Shown here piece after piece: positions 20,675 through 33,490 of a stretch of 64,000 nucleotides of DNA (its first letter is position 1; each line of letters starts with the position of its first letter). The position numbers and the translations under genes were made by a program. The notes below the pieces were generated by a model that saw only the letters and a program-made list of their open reading frames with translations, did no database searches and was not told where the DNA came from. Source of the DNA: Kiritimatiellia bacterium (GTDB lineage: Bacteria > Verrucomicrobiota > Kiritimatiellia > RFP12 > UBA1067); NCBI GenBank assembly GCA_050949565.1, contig JBMNFY010000016.1:52032-116031 (forward strand). Direction: 5' to 3'.

Positions 20675-21997
20675 TCAGGATTTCGCGTGACCGTCGGTGT
20701 TTGACGACCGGTCGTGGCGAGAGCGGGATGAAAAGGTTCTTTGCATGTCGGAGCGTAGGATGTTTGCGCTTTCGCTGACCATGAACTTGCGGGATTCACG
20801 CAGCTTCTGTTCGTCGAGAAGTTCGTCGGCACGGCGTTCGAGTTCGCGAGCCTCGTTTTCGAGCAGGGCGGGGGTTGAGGCGCCGGGGGCAAGTTCGCGC
20901 AGATGATCGCGGTTGGCTCTAAGCACACGGATGGCTGCGGCTGTGTCGCCGTTGTCCAACTCGCTGACGGCATCGAGGCGGGCCTTTGCGGCCTGCTGCA
21001 GGCCGATGTGGAGAATAACCTCGGGGTCGCCTGGGATGGCCGCTTCGATGGCATTGGCAACGCCGACGATCAGGTTCCGCTTTTGGCTCTTGAGGTCGAC
21101 CGCGCCCTCGCGGAGTTCGGCGTAGGTCATGCTCAGGCTTGCGAGGTGCATATCGGTCGGTTCGGCCAGAGCGGGCAACTGGACGGCAAGCAGGACGTGC
21201 TTGACTTGGGCGGCGTGGAAGTCGCTGAGCAACACGCGGTAGGAACTCTTTTCGGCCTTCCACGGGTGACCGGTGAGCTGAGCCACGCCGATCACGCCAT
21301 CGGTGAAGTCGAGAGAGACTTCGACGTTCTGCGTGACGGTGTCGAGCAGACCGCCGAGTTCTTCCTTGAAGACTTCGGGGGCGTGGTCGGGGCTTTCGAT
21401 GTAGTAGAAGCGTCCGCCGGCAGCTTCGGAAACGCGCTTGAGAAGGTCTTCGTTGAAGTCGGCACCCAGGCCAAGGCAACTGGTACGGATGTTCTTGTCC
21501 TTGAGCACGTTCTGGCCTAGGGCGGTGAGCTGATCCGGGTTAACGATGCCAGCGTTGGCCTGCCCGTCGGTGAGCAGGAGCACGGCGTTGACACACTCCT
21601 CCGAGGCGTTGCGGCTGACGAGTTCTATGCTCTTGAGCCACCCTCCGCTCAGGTTGGTGCAGTTCCCGGCTTGGATACCTGCAATCGCGGCACTGAGTGC
21701 GGTCGGATCGGAGACCGTCGCGGACTCCACCAGGGGCTGGACCTCGTCGTCGAAGGTGACGAGCGAGAAGCGATCATCGGGGGCGAGCTGATCAAGAAGG
21801 AGCTGGGTGGATCGCTTGGCGTAGTCGAGCTTCTCACCGGCCATCGAGCCGCTACGGTCTAGGACGGCCGCGAGATTGAGCGCTGGTCTTTTCCTACCCG
21901 CCGGGGAGTCGGGGGCCGTGAGGGTAAGCAGGACGTGCACGACACTGGCCGTGCCTGTTGGAACGACGGTATGATCCATACGGGACTCGAGTTTCAT
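20675..21997 (-). CDS. VWA domain protein (YfbK-like)
   Basis: MIDAS motifs LDRSGSM, TNLSGG, LLTDGQAN. Confidence 0.88.
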   Translation of the reverse strand: MKLESRMDHTVVPTGTASVVHVLLTLTAPDSPAGRKRPALNLAAVLDRSGSMAGEKLDYAKRSTQLLLDQLAPDDRFSLVTFDDEVQPLVESATVSDPTALSAAIAGIQAGNCTNLSGGWLKSIELVSRNASEECVNAVLLLTDGQANAGIVNPDQLTALGQNVLKDKNIRTSCLGLGADFNEDLLKRVSEAAGGRFYYIESPDHAPEVFKEELGGLLDTVTQNVEVSLDFTDGVIGVAQLTGHPWKAEKSSYRVLLSDFHAAQVKHVLLAVQLPALAEPTDMHLASLSMTYAELREGAVDLKSQKRNLIVGVANAIEAAIPGDPEVILHIGLQQAAKARLDAVSELDNGDTAAAIRVLRANRDHLRELAPGASTPALLENEARELERRADELLDEQKLRESRKFMVSESANILRSDMQRTFSSRSRHDRSSNTDGHAKS

Positions 21998-22044
21998 GGG
22001 CGGCCTTTCTGTTGTGTCCATCTTGTGGATAAAAACCAGACAAA

Positions 22045-22121
22045 TGGCGCCCCTGGCAGGGCTCGAACCTGCGACCCACGGATTAGAAATCCGTTGCTCT
22101 ATCCAACTGAGCTACAGGGGC
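22045..22121 (-). tRNA. tRNA-Arg (TCT)
   Basis: GCCCCTG acceptor, anticodon arm acgga-tt-TCT-aa-tccgt, GTTCGA T-loop, CCA end. Confidence 0.97.
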
Positions 22122-22134
22122 GGAAAACGGCGGC

Positions 22135-22164
22135 ATCATAGCAAACCGCCCGCGTGTTCTGCAA
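22135..22164 (-). promoter_or_regulatory. Sigma70 promoter for tRNA-Arg
   Basis: TTGCAG-N18-TATGAT with an extended TG. Confidence 0.55.
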
Positions 22165-22180
22165 CGCGATAGACCGCTTT

Positions 22181-25171
<2,991 letters not shown>

Positions 25172-25232
25172 TGTGTTGATCTCAATCATGTCAATTACGC
25201 CAATCAGGTCAGCCATGTCAAAAAAGATGACC

Positions 25233-26621
25233 ATGAAAAAGATGTTTGCTGGAGTGTTTGTCGCCGTCGTGGCGCTAATGTCTGTCGCGGAGGCGGCGAC
25301 GGTTTCCGTTGACTGGGATGATCCGGTCGGGATCGTGAAGCCCGTGAACGGTGTCGGGCAGCCGCCGATGATCGGGGCGCCAACATCGTTTCCGATGATG
25401 CGCTATCTCAAGGAGGCGGGGATCCCTTACGCGCGGCTTCATGATGTCGGCGGGGTCTACGGACAGTTCCGCTATGTGGACATCCCGAACATCTTCCGCG
25501 ATTTCGACGCGGACGAGACCGATCCGAAGAGCTACAGCTTCGCTTACACCGATGCACTGATGAAGGCACTTGATGAGAATGGCGTTGAGCCGTTCTTCCG
25601 GTTGGGCGTGACGATCGACAATCCCGTCGGCGCCGGCTTCCCCGGCTACTTCATCGATCCACCGAAGGACTTCGCGAAGTGGGCGCGGATTTGCGAACAC
25701 GTGATCCGTCACTACACCGAAGGCTGGGCGGACGGCTTTCGCATGAAGGTCACCTACTGGGAGATCTGGAACGAACCCGACAATCAGCCGGACGCCAAGC
25801 AAAACCCGCTCTGGAACGCGCCGTTCTCAGAGTTCATCCGCCTCTACGGTGTCGCTGCGCCATACCTGAAGGCGAAGTTCCCTCACCTTAAAATCGGCGG
25901 CTACTCGAGTTGCGGTTTCTATGCGGGTGTCGGCGCGGAGCAGGTCGCTGCCGCGCACTCGTCACCGCGCATGGAGTATTTCATCGACTGCGCAACGAAC
26001 TTTCTCGCCGCCGCGCAGCAGAACAGTTGGCCGCTCGACTTTTTCTCGTACCACTCCTACTCCCATCCAACGGAAGCGCTTCGTCAAGTGCGCTACGCCG
26101 ACGAGCTGCTCAACCGCTACGGATTCACGGCAGATAAGACCGAGCGCATCTTCAACGAGTGGCTGCCGTACGTGAGCCACGATACGCTCGGCACGGCGAA
26201 GCAGGCGACCGGCATCGCCGCAGAGATGATCGGCCTCCAGAACGGTCCGTGCGACCTTGCCTGCATTTACGACGCGCGCTGTAATGTCGGCAACTACTCG
26301 CCGCTTTTCAATCCGCTGACCTACAAGCCGCACAAAGCCTATTACGCCTTCACGGCGTTCAACGAACTCCGCAAGCTCGGCACGGCGGTCCGGGCGAAAG
26401 TTTCCGGTGCATCGTCACTCGTGGCGGCGGCCGCGAAAGGCACGGGCGGCGCGGCGGTGATGATCGCGAACGATTCCAATGCGGAGGTGCCTCTCGTCTG
26501 TGATTTCGGCGGACGCGAGGTCGTCGCGTGCCGTCTCACGGACGATACGCACACGGATGCAAGCCTCCCGCTCCCGAAGACGCTCGCGCCGCGTGCCTTT
26601 GTTATCGTTCTCCTGAAGTGA
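25233..26621 (+). CDS. Glycoside hydrolase, GH39-like (clan GH-A)
   Basis: Signal peptide; YARLHD, YWEIWNEPD, PLDFFSYHSY, FNEW. Confidence 0.85.
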   Translation: MKKMFAGVFVAVVALMSVAEAATVSVDWDDPVGIVKPVNGVGQPPMIGAPTSFPMMRYLKEAGIPYARLHDVGGVYGQFRYVDIPNIFRDFDADETDPKSYSFAYTDALMKALDENGVEPFFRLGVTIDNPVGAGFPGYFIDPPKDFAKWARICEHVIRHYTEGWADGFRMKVTYWEIWNEPDNQPDAKQNPLWNAPFSEFIRLYGVAAPYLKAKFPHLKIGGYSSCGFYAGVGAEQVAAAHSSPRMEYFIDCATNFLAAAQQNSWPLDFFSYHSYSHPTEALRQVRYADELLNRYGFTADKTERIFNEWLPYVSHDTLGTAKQATGIAAEMIGLQNGPCDLACIYDARCNVGNYSPLFNPLTYKPHKAYYAFTAFNELRKLGTAVRAKVSGASSLVAAAAKGTGGAAVMIANDSNAEVPLVCDFGGREVVACRLTDDTHTDASLPLPKTLAPRAFVIVLLK

Positions 26622-26668
26622 GGTTTTTGACGCAGAGTTTGGTTTCAAGATTTGTGAAGGGTGGTGCT

Positions 26669-29602
26669 ATGAAAAGAGAAATCGGTTTGACGGTGTGCGT
26701 GGCTCTTGCCGCTGGAATGGCGTTTGGTGCAACGGTCACGACGAACGGTGCGGGCGCCGTGACGATCGACGTGCCTGCGGACGAGACGTACGTCTATCCC
26801 GCTCCGCTGGCAAACGACATCACAAGCGTGACGAAGACAGGCGCGGGCATCGTAAAGTTCTCGCAGGCTGCCAGTGGCTGTAGCGTCCGATCGACATTCA
26901 GGGCGGCTATGCGGATTTCACCGTTCCCAACGCTTACGGCACGGGTCCCATCAACGTGGCGAGCGGTGCGGCGTTGGTCGTCTCGCACGCCTCTGCGGGG
27001 CAATCGACCATTCAAGTGCAGGGCACCGTGACGATCGCGGGCAGCGGTCCGCAGAATGACGGCGCTCTCCAGTTCAAGGGAAGCGCTTATGCGGACCGGA
27101 TGTTCAACAGGGTGGTTCTCGCCGCAGACGCGAGTTGGGGCGGGAATCGAGCGGGTGCCGTCGCGCTTGATTTCGCGGGTTACACGCTGACATGGGTAGG
27201 CTCCACCCTGATGACGTTGAACGGCACTTGGAGCAACATGGGGACACTCGTCCACAAGGGCACGGCAGACGTCTGCTTCCAGGGCGGCAATTTCGACGCG
27301 GCATCGGCGGGGAAGCCGCTTATCGTGGACGGCGGGTCTTATGTCTCGTCCTGGAACAATTCGACGCCCATGCCGCTCGCGCTTACGGCGAAGAACGCGA
27401 TGCGGCTGGTCGGCAACTGGGGCCGAGGAACCGGATTCAACATTTGGGCGGGCCCCATCACGATCGAAGAAGGGGTCGCGTTTCGCCTGGGATCTTCATG
27501 GCAGAACAGCATCGGAGCCTATGCCACGTTGCGTATCGCGGGTCCCATCAGCGGTCCCGGCGCGGTAAGCAACACCTATGGACACGTCTATATCGACAAT
27601 GCAAACAACGCTTGGACGGGCGGCACCTACATCGGGGATGGCTACACCTTCTTCCCTGCGCCTGAAACGCTGCCGGGATGGGACAGTCCTGGCCGTGTGA
27701 CGATTTCTGGTCTGGGTGCTCTAATGACGGTGGCTGGCGCGCCGATTCCCGGATTGAACGTGCAGGACACTTGGACGGCGGATGAGATCCGCACAATGGC
27801 GCAAAATATGAGGATCGTCCAGGCAAATCACACGATGCCCGGTGTGGGGGTTTATGTGACAAAGGGTGCCTCGTTCGCCTACCCGTACGCGCTTATCACG
27901 AACTTCGTAAAATACGGCGAGGGTACGCTCACGATGTCGGGCACTTGGGACGGCCAGCCAGCCTCGTTCCGTGTGGAGCAGGGCACGGCCATCCTCGATG
28001 GCGACGCGGACCGCTCCGTGGCCTCGTTCTACGTGCGTGGCGAAAGAGCCACTTGTATCCACAAGACGGGCACCACGACCCAGAACGGCATGATCCGCTT
28101 CTCCAACAGCGGGCGGGGTGTCTATCGCCACCTTGGCGGCACGTATGATCAGGTGGGCGGAGACTGCTACGTGAGCGAGACCGAGAATTCGTACTTCTCG
28201 TTCGAACTCTACGGCGGCACGTTCAAGCTGAATGGCTACGGGAATCCTCACTTCGCCCGTGGCAAAGGGGGCTGCGCCATCTTCAAGCAGGAGGGCGGTC
28301 AGTTCAATCTCAAGAGTTCCTCCTTCCAACTGGGTGAGTCGGGAGACGCCATGATGTACGTGGCGGGCGGCACGAATACGATGCGCTACAATGCTACGCA
28401 AGGCTCGGAGTGTATGCGCATGGGTACGGCGGAATACGGCAGTGCAACGCTCGCGATAACGGGGTCCAATACCGTGTTTGATGCAGACTGTCTGGTCGTG
28501 GGTACGAGCCACACACCGCAGACGAACGTCGTATCCGTGATGAATGGCGGCACATTCCTGGCTTCGCGCTTCTATCAGGCCAGCGGAGATACGTGGCCGT
28601 TCACCAACAACTTCAACGTGGTGAGTGTGGACGGCGGTGTCATGTATCCGACCTTCGGCTGGGGCTGGGATCACAAAGGAGAAAGCAACGACACGCGCGA
28701 TTTCCACAAGTGGGTGCTCCACGAACATGGCATGATACTCGATACGTCCATGTGCCAGAGTTATGACTTTACGGCGGCCGCCCCGCACGAGAATCCATTC
28801 AATTTCAGCGACGCCACAGGCAAGGGTTTCGATTCGATTACGCTCCCCACGTCGGGTGCGTTCAAGCAGGAGGTGTATCTCGGCCCTGCCCGTATCCGCA
28901 TCTTCGACGCCACGGGATGGGGGGGCCACGGCGTTTGCGGATTTCGATCCTGAGACGGGCACGCTGACCAACGTGGTGGTGACCTCGCGCGGGTGCGACT
29001 ACTCCGACTCGCCCACGATCCTCGTGGATAACGCGTCTGGTACGGGAACGTATCCCTGCACATTCGCACTGAGCGCGAACAAGGGTGGCGGCATCATGAA
29101 ACGGGGGGCGCAGACTGCCCACCTCTACGGCGTGATGACGTACACGGGGCCGACGTGCGTGGAGGAGGGGACGCTGTTCCTGCGGACGGCGGCCAGTGTG
29201 CCCACGAATTCGCTCTTCCGTCCGCTCGGGAGCGGCATCGTGTCGCTGCCGGGGGCTTCGGTTCTGAGGTCCGTGGGCGGCACGGGCACGATTGCCAACG
29301 GTGCCGTGACGGCGACGGAGGGCGTGGAGGTCTACGCCGAGGATTTGAACACACTCACGCCAGTGAAGATTTCAAGCGGCTCGCTCACGTTTCAGGCGGG
29401 CGCCAAGGTGAAGGTCTTCGATCCCGCGAACATCGAGAACGGGCCGGGCCACTGGCCGCTCGTGACGGCGCGCGATCCCATCGTGGGCACACCGGAGTTG
29501 GATAGGACGAACCTCAAACCGGCGTACAACCTCGCGTTTTCGGCTGATCGCAAGACGCTCTACCTCACGTTCCCGAACGGCACCATCCTCTTCCTCCGTT
29601 AG
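26669..29602 (+). CDS. Secreted passenger-associated beta-repeat protein without a beta-barrel; two frameshifts (~26885, ~28920)
   Basis: Signal peptide MKREIGLTVCVALAAGMAFG; repeats VTKTGAG, VKYGEGTL and MKRGAQT..TYTGPT. ORF pieces 26528, 26956 and 28763 join by single-base shifts. Ends NGTILFLR. Confidence 0.75.
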
Positions 29603-29829
29603 TGCGGCGCGTGGCGCGCGACCTTGAGTGTAAAAGTAACTCAATTAACGCAATCGTATCAGTCGCGTCAATCGCGTCAGTCATGTAAAATGGGACATTA
29701 TGGCTCTGTTTCAAAAACGCAACCGAGCCTTATTGTCTCCTTTAAGGTGCCCTTAATGGCGGTCCGAAATACTCGTAACTCCTTTATTATTAACATATTG
29801 CATCAATAACTTGCGCACAACTAAAGCAT

Positions 29830-29844
29830 TGGCACGTCCTCTGC
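29830..29844 (+). promoter_or_regulatory. Possible sigma54 (-24/-12) promoter for the hsp20 pair
   Basis: TGGCACG-tcct-CTGC against consensus TGGCACG-N4-TTGC; AT-rich tract upstream. Confidence 0.5.
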
Positions 29845-29920
29845 GAATATAATAGGCGGTTCCGGTAGATTGGCCGGGGCCAATGAACCTAACTTTGAAA
29901 GTAAAGAAAGGAGAACAATC

Positions 29921-30319
29921 ATGAGAGCCTACCTGAACACCATTAACAACCCGTGGCGCGTGTTCGACGAGGTAATGGGTGATTTTCCCTTTGACCTGTT
30001 CGACACCGCACTGCGTACACGTGCCAGACGCTATCCCCGCGTCAATGTGTGGGAGAGCGAAGATGGCCTAGCGGTCCAAGCTGAAGTCGCGGGCGTGGAG
30101 CCCGACAAGCTGGACGTGGCGGTCGATGCCAATATCCTCACGATCAAGGGCGAGAGGGAGCAGGCGGACGGAAGCCGCGCCGAATTTCAGCGTAGCTTTA
30201 ACCTGCCGTTCGAGTTGGAGAACGATAAGATCAAGGCGACCATCAAGAACGGCCTGCTGACCGTGAAGATCCCGCGCAAGCCGATCGAGAAGCGCAAGAT
30301 CGCGATCGAGAAACTGTAA
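29921..30319 (+). CDS. Hsp20/alpha-crystallin small heat shock protein
   Basis: YPRVNVWE, LTIKGER, FQRSFNLP, KNGLLTVKIP; strong RBS. Confidence 0.92.
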   Translation: MRAYLNTINNPWRVFDEVMGDFPFDLFDTALRTRARRYPRVNVWESEDGLAVQAEVAGVEPDKLDVAVDANILTIKGEREQADGSRAEFQRSFNLPFELENDKIKATIKNGLLTVKIPRKPIEKRKIAIEKL

Positions 30320-30349
30320 TCGAAGCCTATATCGAAAAGGAGGGAAACC

Positions 30350-30730
30350 ATGAGCCTGACTAAGAAATCTGACCAACAAGACGTCCAGAAAGTGGACCGT
30401 GTTGAATTGACACCAGCCAGCCGTGTGGTGGAGTGCGAGAACGCTTACACCCTGACCGTTGAACTGCCCGGCGTGTCTGAGAAGGAGATCGAGCTGACCC
30501 TTGAGAACAGGGTGCTGTCGATCACCGCCGAGAACACGCTGGAGGTCTTCAAGGACTACACCCTGGTCTTGCACGAACTGCCCGAAGCGCGCTATCGCGC
30601 GGCGTTTGATCTGCCGGATCATGTAGATACAGCCGGCATCAAGGCGGCCACCAAGAACGGCCTCCTGGTTCTGACGCTGCCCAAGCGCGAGGAGGTTAAG
30701 CCGCGCCGCATCGCCGTTAAAGCCGGCTAG
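30350..30730 (+). CDS. Hsp20/alpha-crystallin small heat shock protein
   Basis: VELPGV, KNGLLVLTLPK, KPRRIAV. Confidence 0.9.
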   Translation: MSLTKKSDQQDVQKVDRVELTPASRVVECENAYTLTVELPGVSEKEIELTLENRVLSITAENTLEVFKDYTLVLHELPEARYRAAFDLPDHVDTAGIKAATKNGLLVLTLPKREEVKPRRIAVKAG

Positions 30731-30776
30731 TAGCACGCGCAGCCCGAAAACGGGGTGAACACAGTAATGACTAAAG

Positions 30777-30806
30777 AAGGGACGAGCGGTTTGCCCGTCC
30801 CTTTTT
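30777..30806 (+). terminator. Rho-independent terminator
   Basis: aagggacgagc-ggttt-gcccgtccc-ttttt. Confidence 0.75.
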
Positions 30807-30807
30807 G

Positions 30808-31035
30808 TAACGCGGAGGCGCGGAGGCGCAGAGACGCAGAGATTTTTATGGGGTAACGGCGTGACCGCCGCTGGGGAGGGACGAGCGTCTGCTCGTCCGC
30901 GGGCAAGTGACACTTACCCCTCCCGGCGCTCCGCAAACCTTCGTGTGAAAAACCGAGCAGTGCCATCCCCCAAAAAATCTGCGAAATCTGCGTCATTTGC
31001 GAATCAAAAAACCGAGCCATGCCAGAAGCCGAAGA
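30808..31035. repeat. Trimer-repeat modules plus REP-like GGAGGGACGAGCGTCTGCTCGTCC
   Basis: CGCGGAGG/CGCAGAG repeats; AAATCTGCG x3 followed by AAAAAACCGAGCCATGCC; inverted REP copy at 60180-60207. Confidence 0.75.
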
Positions 31036-31038
31036 GCG

Positions 31039-31066
31039 TTGACATCTGAGTATGGGTATGTATGAT
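31039..31066 (+). promoter_or_regulatory. Sigma70 promoter of the TA operon
   Basis: TTGACA-N16-TATGAT. Confidence 0.55.
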
Positions 31067-31132
31067 AATGACGTCGTTTGAATTGAACCGCGCGGAAGTT
31101 GATGTTGCACACGGAGCTTTCGGGAGGAACAC

Positions 31133-31528
31133 ATGTCGAAAACCGTTTTAGTTCAGGCGAGAATCTCGCCGGAAGTGAAAGCAGATGTCGAGAAGCTCTT
31201 TGAAGCTTGGGGCTTCGATATCTCGACCGCTTTCAGGATGTTCCTGAATAAGGTCAGCAGGGACAGAGCGATGCCGTTCGTTTTCGCTGAAGAGCAGCGG
31301 CCCACCGAGGAGGAACTTCACGACATGCGCGTCTTGGGGATCAAGAAATACGCGGACCTACTCAAGGCGTATCGCGAGATAGACGCTGCCCGGGCTGATT
31401 ACGAAGCGGGACGTGGGGCTTCATTCGGCAATGTTGCCGAGATGTTCAAGGACACATTCGGAGAGCCGTATGTTGACTCCCTATCGCACGGAGACGTTCA
31501 ACGCGCAACTGAAGGCTCTGAGAAATAA
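31133..31528 (+). CDS. RelB/DinJ family antitoxin
   Basis: VQARISPEVK...GFDISTAFRMFLNKV...MPF ribbon-helix-helix pattern. Confidence 0.88.
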   Translation: MSKTVLVQARISPEVKADVEKLFEAWGFDISTAFRMFLNKVSRDRAMPFVFAEEQRPTEEELHDMRVLGIKKYADLLKAYREIDAARADYEAGRGASFGNVAEMFKDTFGEPYVDSLSHGDVQRATEGSEK

Positions 31529-31729
31529 TCAAGCTGTCGTAGCGAGGATATTTCGCCTGATTGTGCGGATGCCTGCGAACATCCTTTCTCTGGCCTTGGG
31601 AAGCCTGAACCGCTTAAATACGGCAAGGCGGGATTGTGGTCGCGCCGTATCGATAAAAAGAACCGGCTCATTTACAAAGTTGTGAAACCTGATCTGATTT
31701 TGTTTTCTTGCATCGGACATTACGACTAG
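31470..31729 (+). pseudogene. yoeB: Txe/YoeB family toxin, frameshifted at ~31565 (error or pseudogene)
   Basis: The second frame reads HPFSGLGKPEPLKYGKAGLWSRRIDKKNRLIYKV...SCIGHYD*. Confidence 0.82.
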
Positions 31730-31745
31730 GGTGAACCTTCAACGC

Positions 31746-32174
31746 TCAGACGCCGGTCGAGCCGAAGCCGCCTTCGCCGCGGCAGGTCTCGCCGAGGGTT
31801 TCTGACTCCTCGACCGCCACGCGCAACACCGGCGCGATCACCATCTGCGCGATGCGCATGCCGGGCACGACCTCGAACGGTTCTTGACCGAGATTGACAA
31901 GGATCACGCCGAGTTCGCCCCGGTAGCCTTCATCGATCGTGCCCGGTGTGTTGAGCAGTGTAATGCCGTGCTTGAGCGCCAAACCGCTGCGCGGCCGGAG
32001 CTGCGCCTCGGTGCCGGACGGCAGTTCCATGACCAACCCCGTGCGCACCAACCGGCGTTCGCCCGGCAGCAACGTCGCGGCTTCGCACGCGCAGAGATCC
32101 AGCCCTGCATCGCCGGGATGGGCATAGGCCGGTAGCACGGCGTCCGCGTGGACGCGCTTGAAGAGGACGGTCAT
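31746..32174 (-). CDS. dut: dUTPase
   Basis: [38 protein letters not shown]. Confidence 0.96.
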   Translation of the reverse strand: MTVLFKRVHADAVLPAYAHPGDAGLDLCACEAATLLPGERRLVRTGLVMELPSGTEAQLRPRSGLALKHGITLLNTPGTIDEGYRGELGVILVNLGQEPFEVVPGMRIAQMVIAPVLRVAVEESETLGETCRGEGGFGSTGV

Positions 32175-32189
32175 CGCCCCTGTCAGCCT

Positions 32190-32915
32190 CTACTCCAGAA
32201 CCTTGATCTTGATGTTCCGGTAGGAGACACGGTCGTTATGATCCTGCAGCAGGATATGTCCCGCCTCCTGCTCGCCCCAGTTGGGATGCTTGTTGAACTT
32301 GCTCAGGGCGACCGCCTTGCGGAACGTCTCCGAGCCGCGCTCAAACGTGAGCACCTTCTCGCCGTTCAGCCAGTGCTCGACCTGCTTGCCTTTGCTCACG
32401 ATCATGGCACTGTTCCACTCGCCGGTCGGCTTCAGTTTCGCACCGACCGCCGGTAGCACGTCGTAGAGCGACGCGACCATACGGTTGCCGTCGCGCCCCT
32501 TCGTGGCGTCGGGGTGTTTGGTGTCGAGCACCTGATATTCCAACGTGGTGCCGCCATGGCGTTTGGGATCGAAGAAATACTTGACGCCGCTGTTGGCCGC
32601 GTCCGTGAGCCGGAATTCCAGCTTGAGGATAAACGAAGAGTAGGTTTCGCGCGTGATGATATCCCCCGCGCCGCCGCCCGCGTTTTTGGGCAACACGGTC
32701 AACTCACCGTCCGCGATCTCCCATCCCCGCGCGGGGAAGCTGTCGGATCTGACACTGCGCCAGCCGTCGCCGCTCTTGCCGTCCCACAGCAACCGCCACC
32801 CATCCTGACGCTCCTTCGCCGTCAGCGTGTTCGCCGCTGTCGCGCAGCAAGCCTCATTGCCAAACAGCGCCACCGCGCTCATCATCACCGCCACCATACT
32901 CAACAGATGCTTCAT
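32190..32915 (-). CDS. DUF1080 (3-keto-disaccharide hydrolase-like) exported protein
   Basis: GWRLLWDG, ANSGVKY, EYQVLD, GEWN, VEHWLNG, ILLQDH, YRNIKIK. Confidence 0.9.
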   Translation of the reverse strand: MKHLLSMVAVMMSAVALFGNEACCATAANTLTAKERQDGWRLLWDGKSGDGWRSVRSDSFPARGWEIADGELTVLPKNAGGGAGDIITRETYSSFILKLEFRLTDAANSGVKYFFDPKRHGGTTLEYQVLDTKHPDATKGRDGNRMVASLYDVLPAVGAKLKPTGEWNSAMIVSKGKQVEHWLNGEKVLTFERGSETFRKAVALSKFNKHPNWGEQEAGHILLQDHNDRVSYRNIKIKVLE

Positions 32916-32961
32916 ACCTCGCCTCCTTGTTTCGTAATATGCACCAGCGCAGACCAGATTG

Positions 32962-33189
32962 TCAATGCAGTTCAATGGTTAATTCATCACGGGACAACTC
33001 GCAGTCGCGCAGGATCCGGGCCAGCAGACCACAGCCGATCGTCTCGCCACGATGAACCGGCACAACGGTACAGCGTCCGTCAGGATGCCGAAGAAAATGA
33101 TGACTCCCCTTGACACGTATGACCTCGAAGCCCAAACGTCGGAGAGCCTTGATCAGTCGGGAACCGCTGAATACCGGGAAGGTGCTCAT
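32962..33189 (-). CDS. hicA: HicA family toxin
   Basis: LIKALRRLGF...KGSHHFL...VVPVH...LLARIL. Confidence 0.9.
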   Translation of the reverse strand: MSTFPVFSGSRLIKALRRLGFEVIRVKGSHHFLRHPDGRCTVVPVHRGETIGCGLLARILRDCELSRDELTIELH

Positions 33190-33398
33190 ACCATGACCGC
33201 GACGCGCTGGACGCCGATGAACAGGTTGGACACTGGTTCGTCCTCCACTTCCAGGCACAGTGATATGGCTTCTTTGATGCGTTCCATCAGCACATCAAGA
33301 GACTTGGCCTGCGTATGGCAACCACGCAGGGCGGGCACAGACGCGATGAAATAACCGTCCTCATCCTGCTCGATCACAACACTGAATTCTCTCGACAT
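33186..33398 (-). CDS. hicB: HicB family antitoxin (short form, no DNA-binding domain)
   Basis: VVIEQDEDGYFIASVPALRGCHTQAKS...IKEAI; ATGA overlap with hicA. Confidence 0.9.
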   Translation of the reverse strand: MSREFSVVIEQDEDGYFIASVPALRGCHTQAKSLDVLMERIKEAISLCLEVEDEPVSNLFIGVQRVAVMV

Positions 33399-33490
33399 CA
33401 CACATCTCCCTTTCGCCCGCATTTTAGCATCTTGTGTCGGCAACAGCCAAATCAATTAGTCGATGTTGAAAAGGGCGCATCACCGCACTG

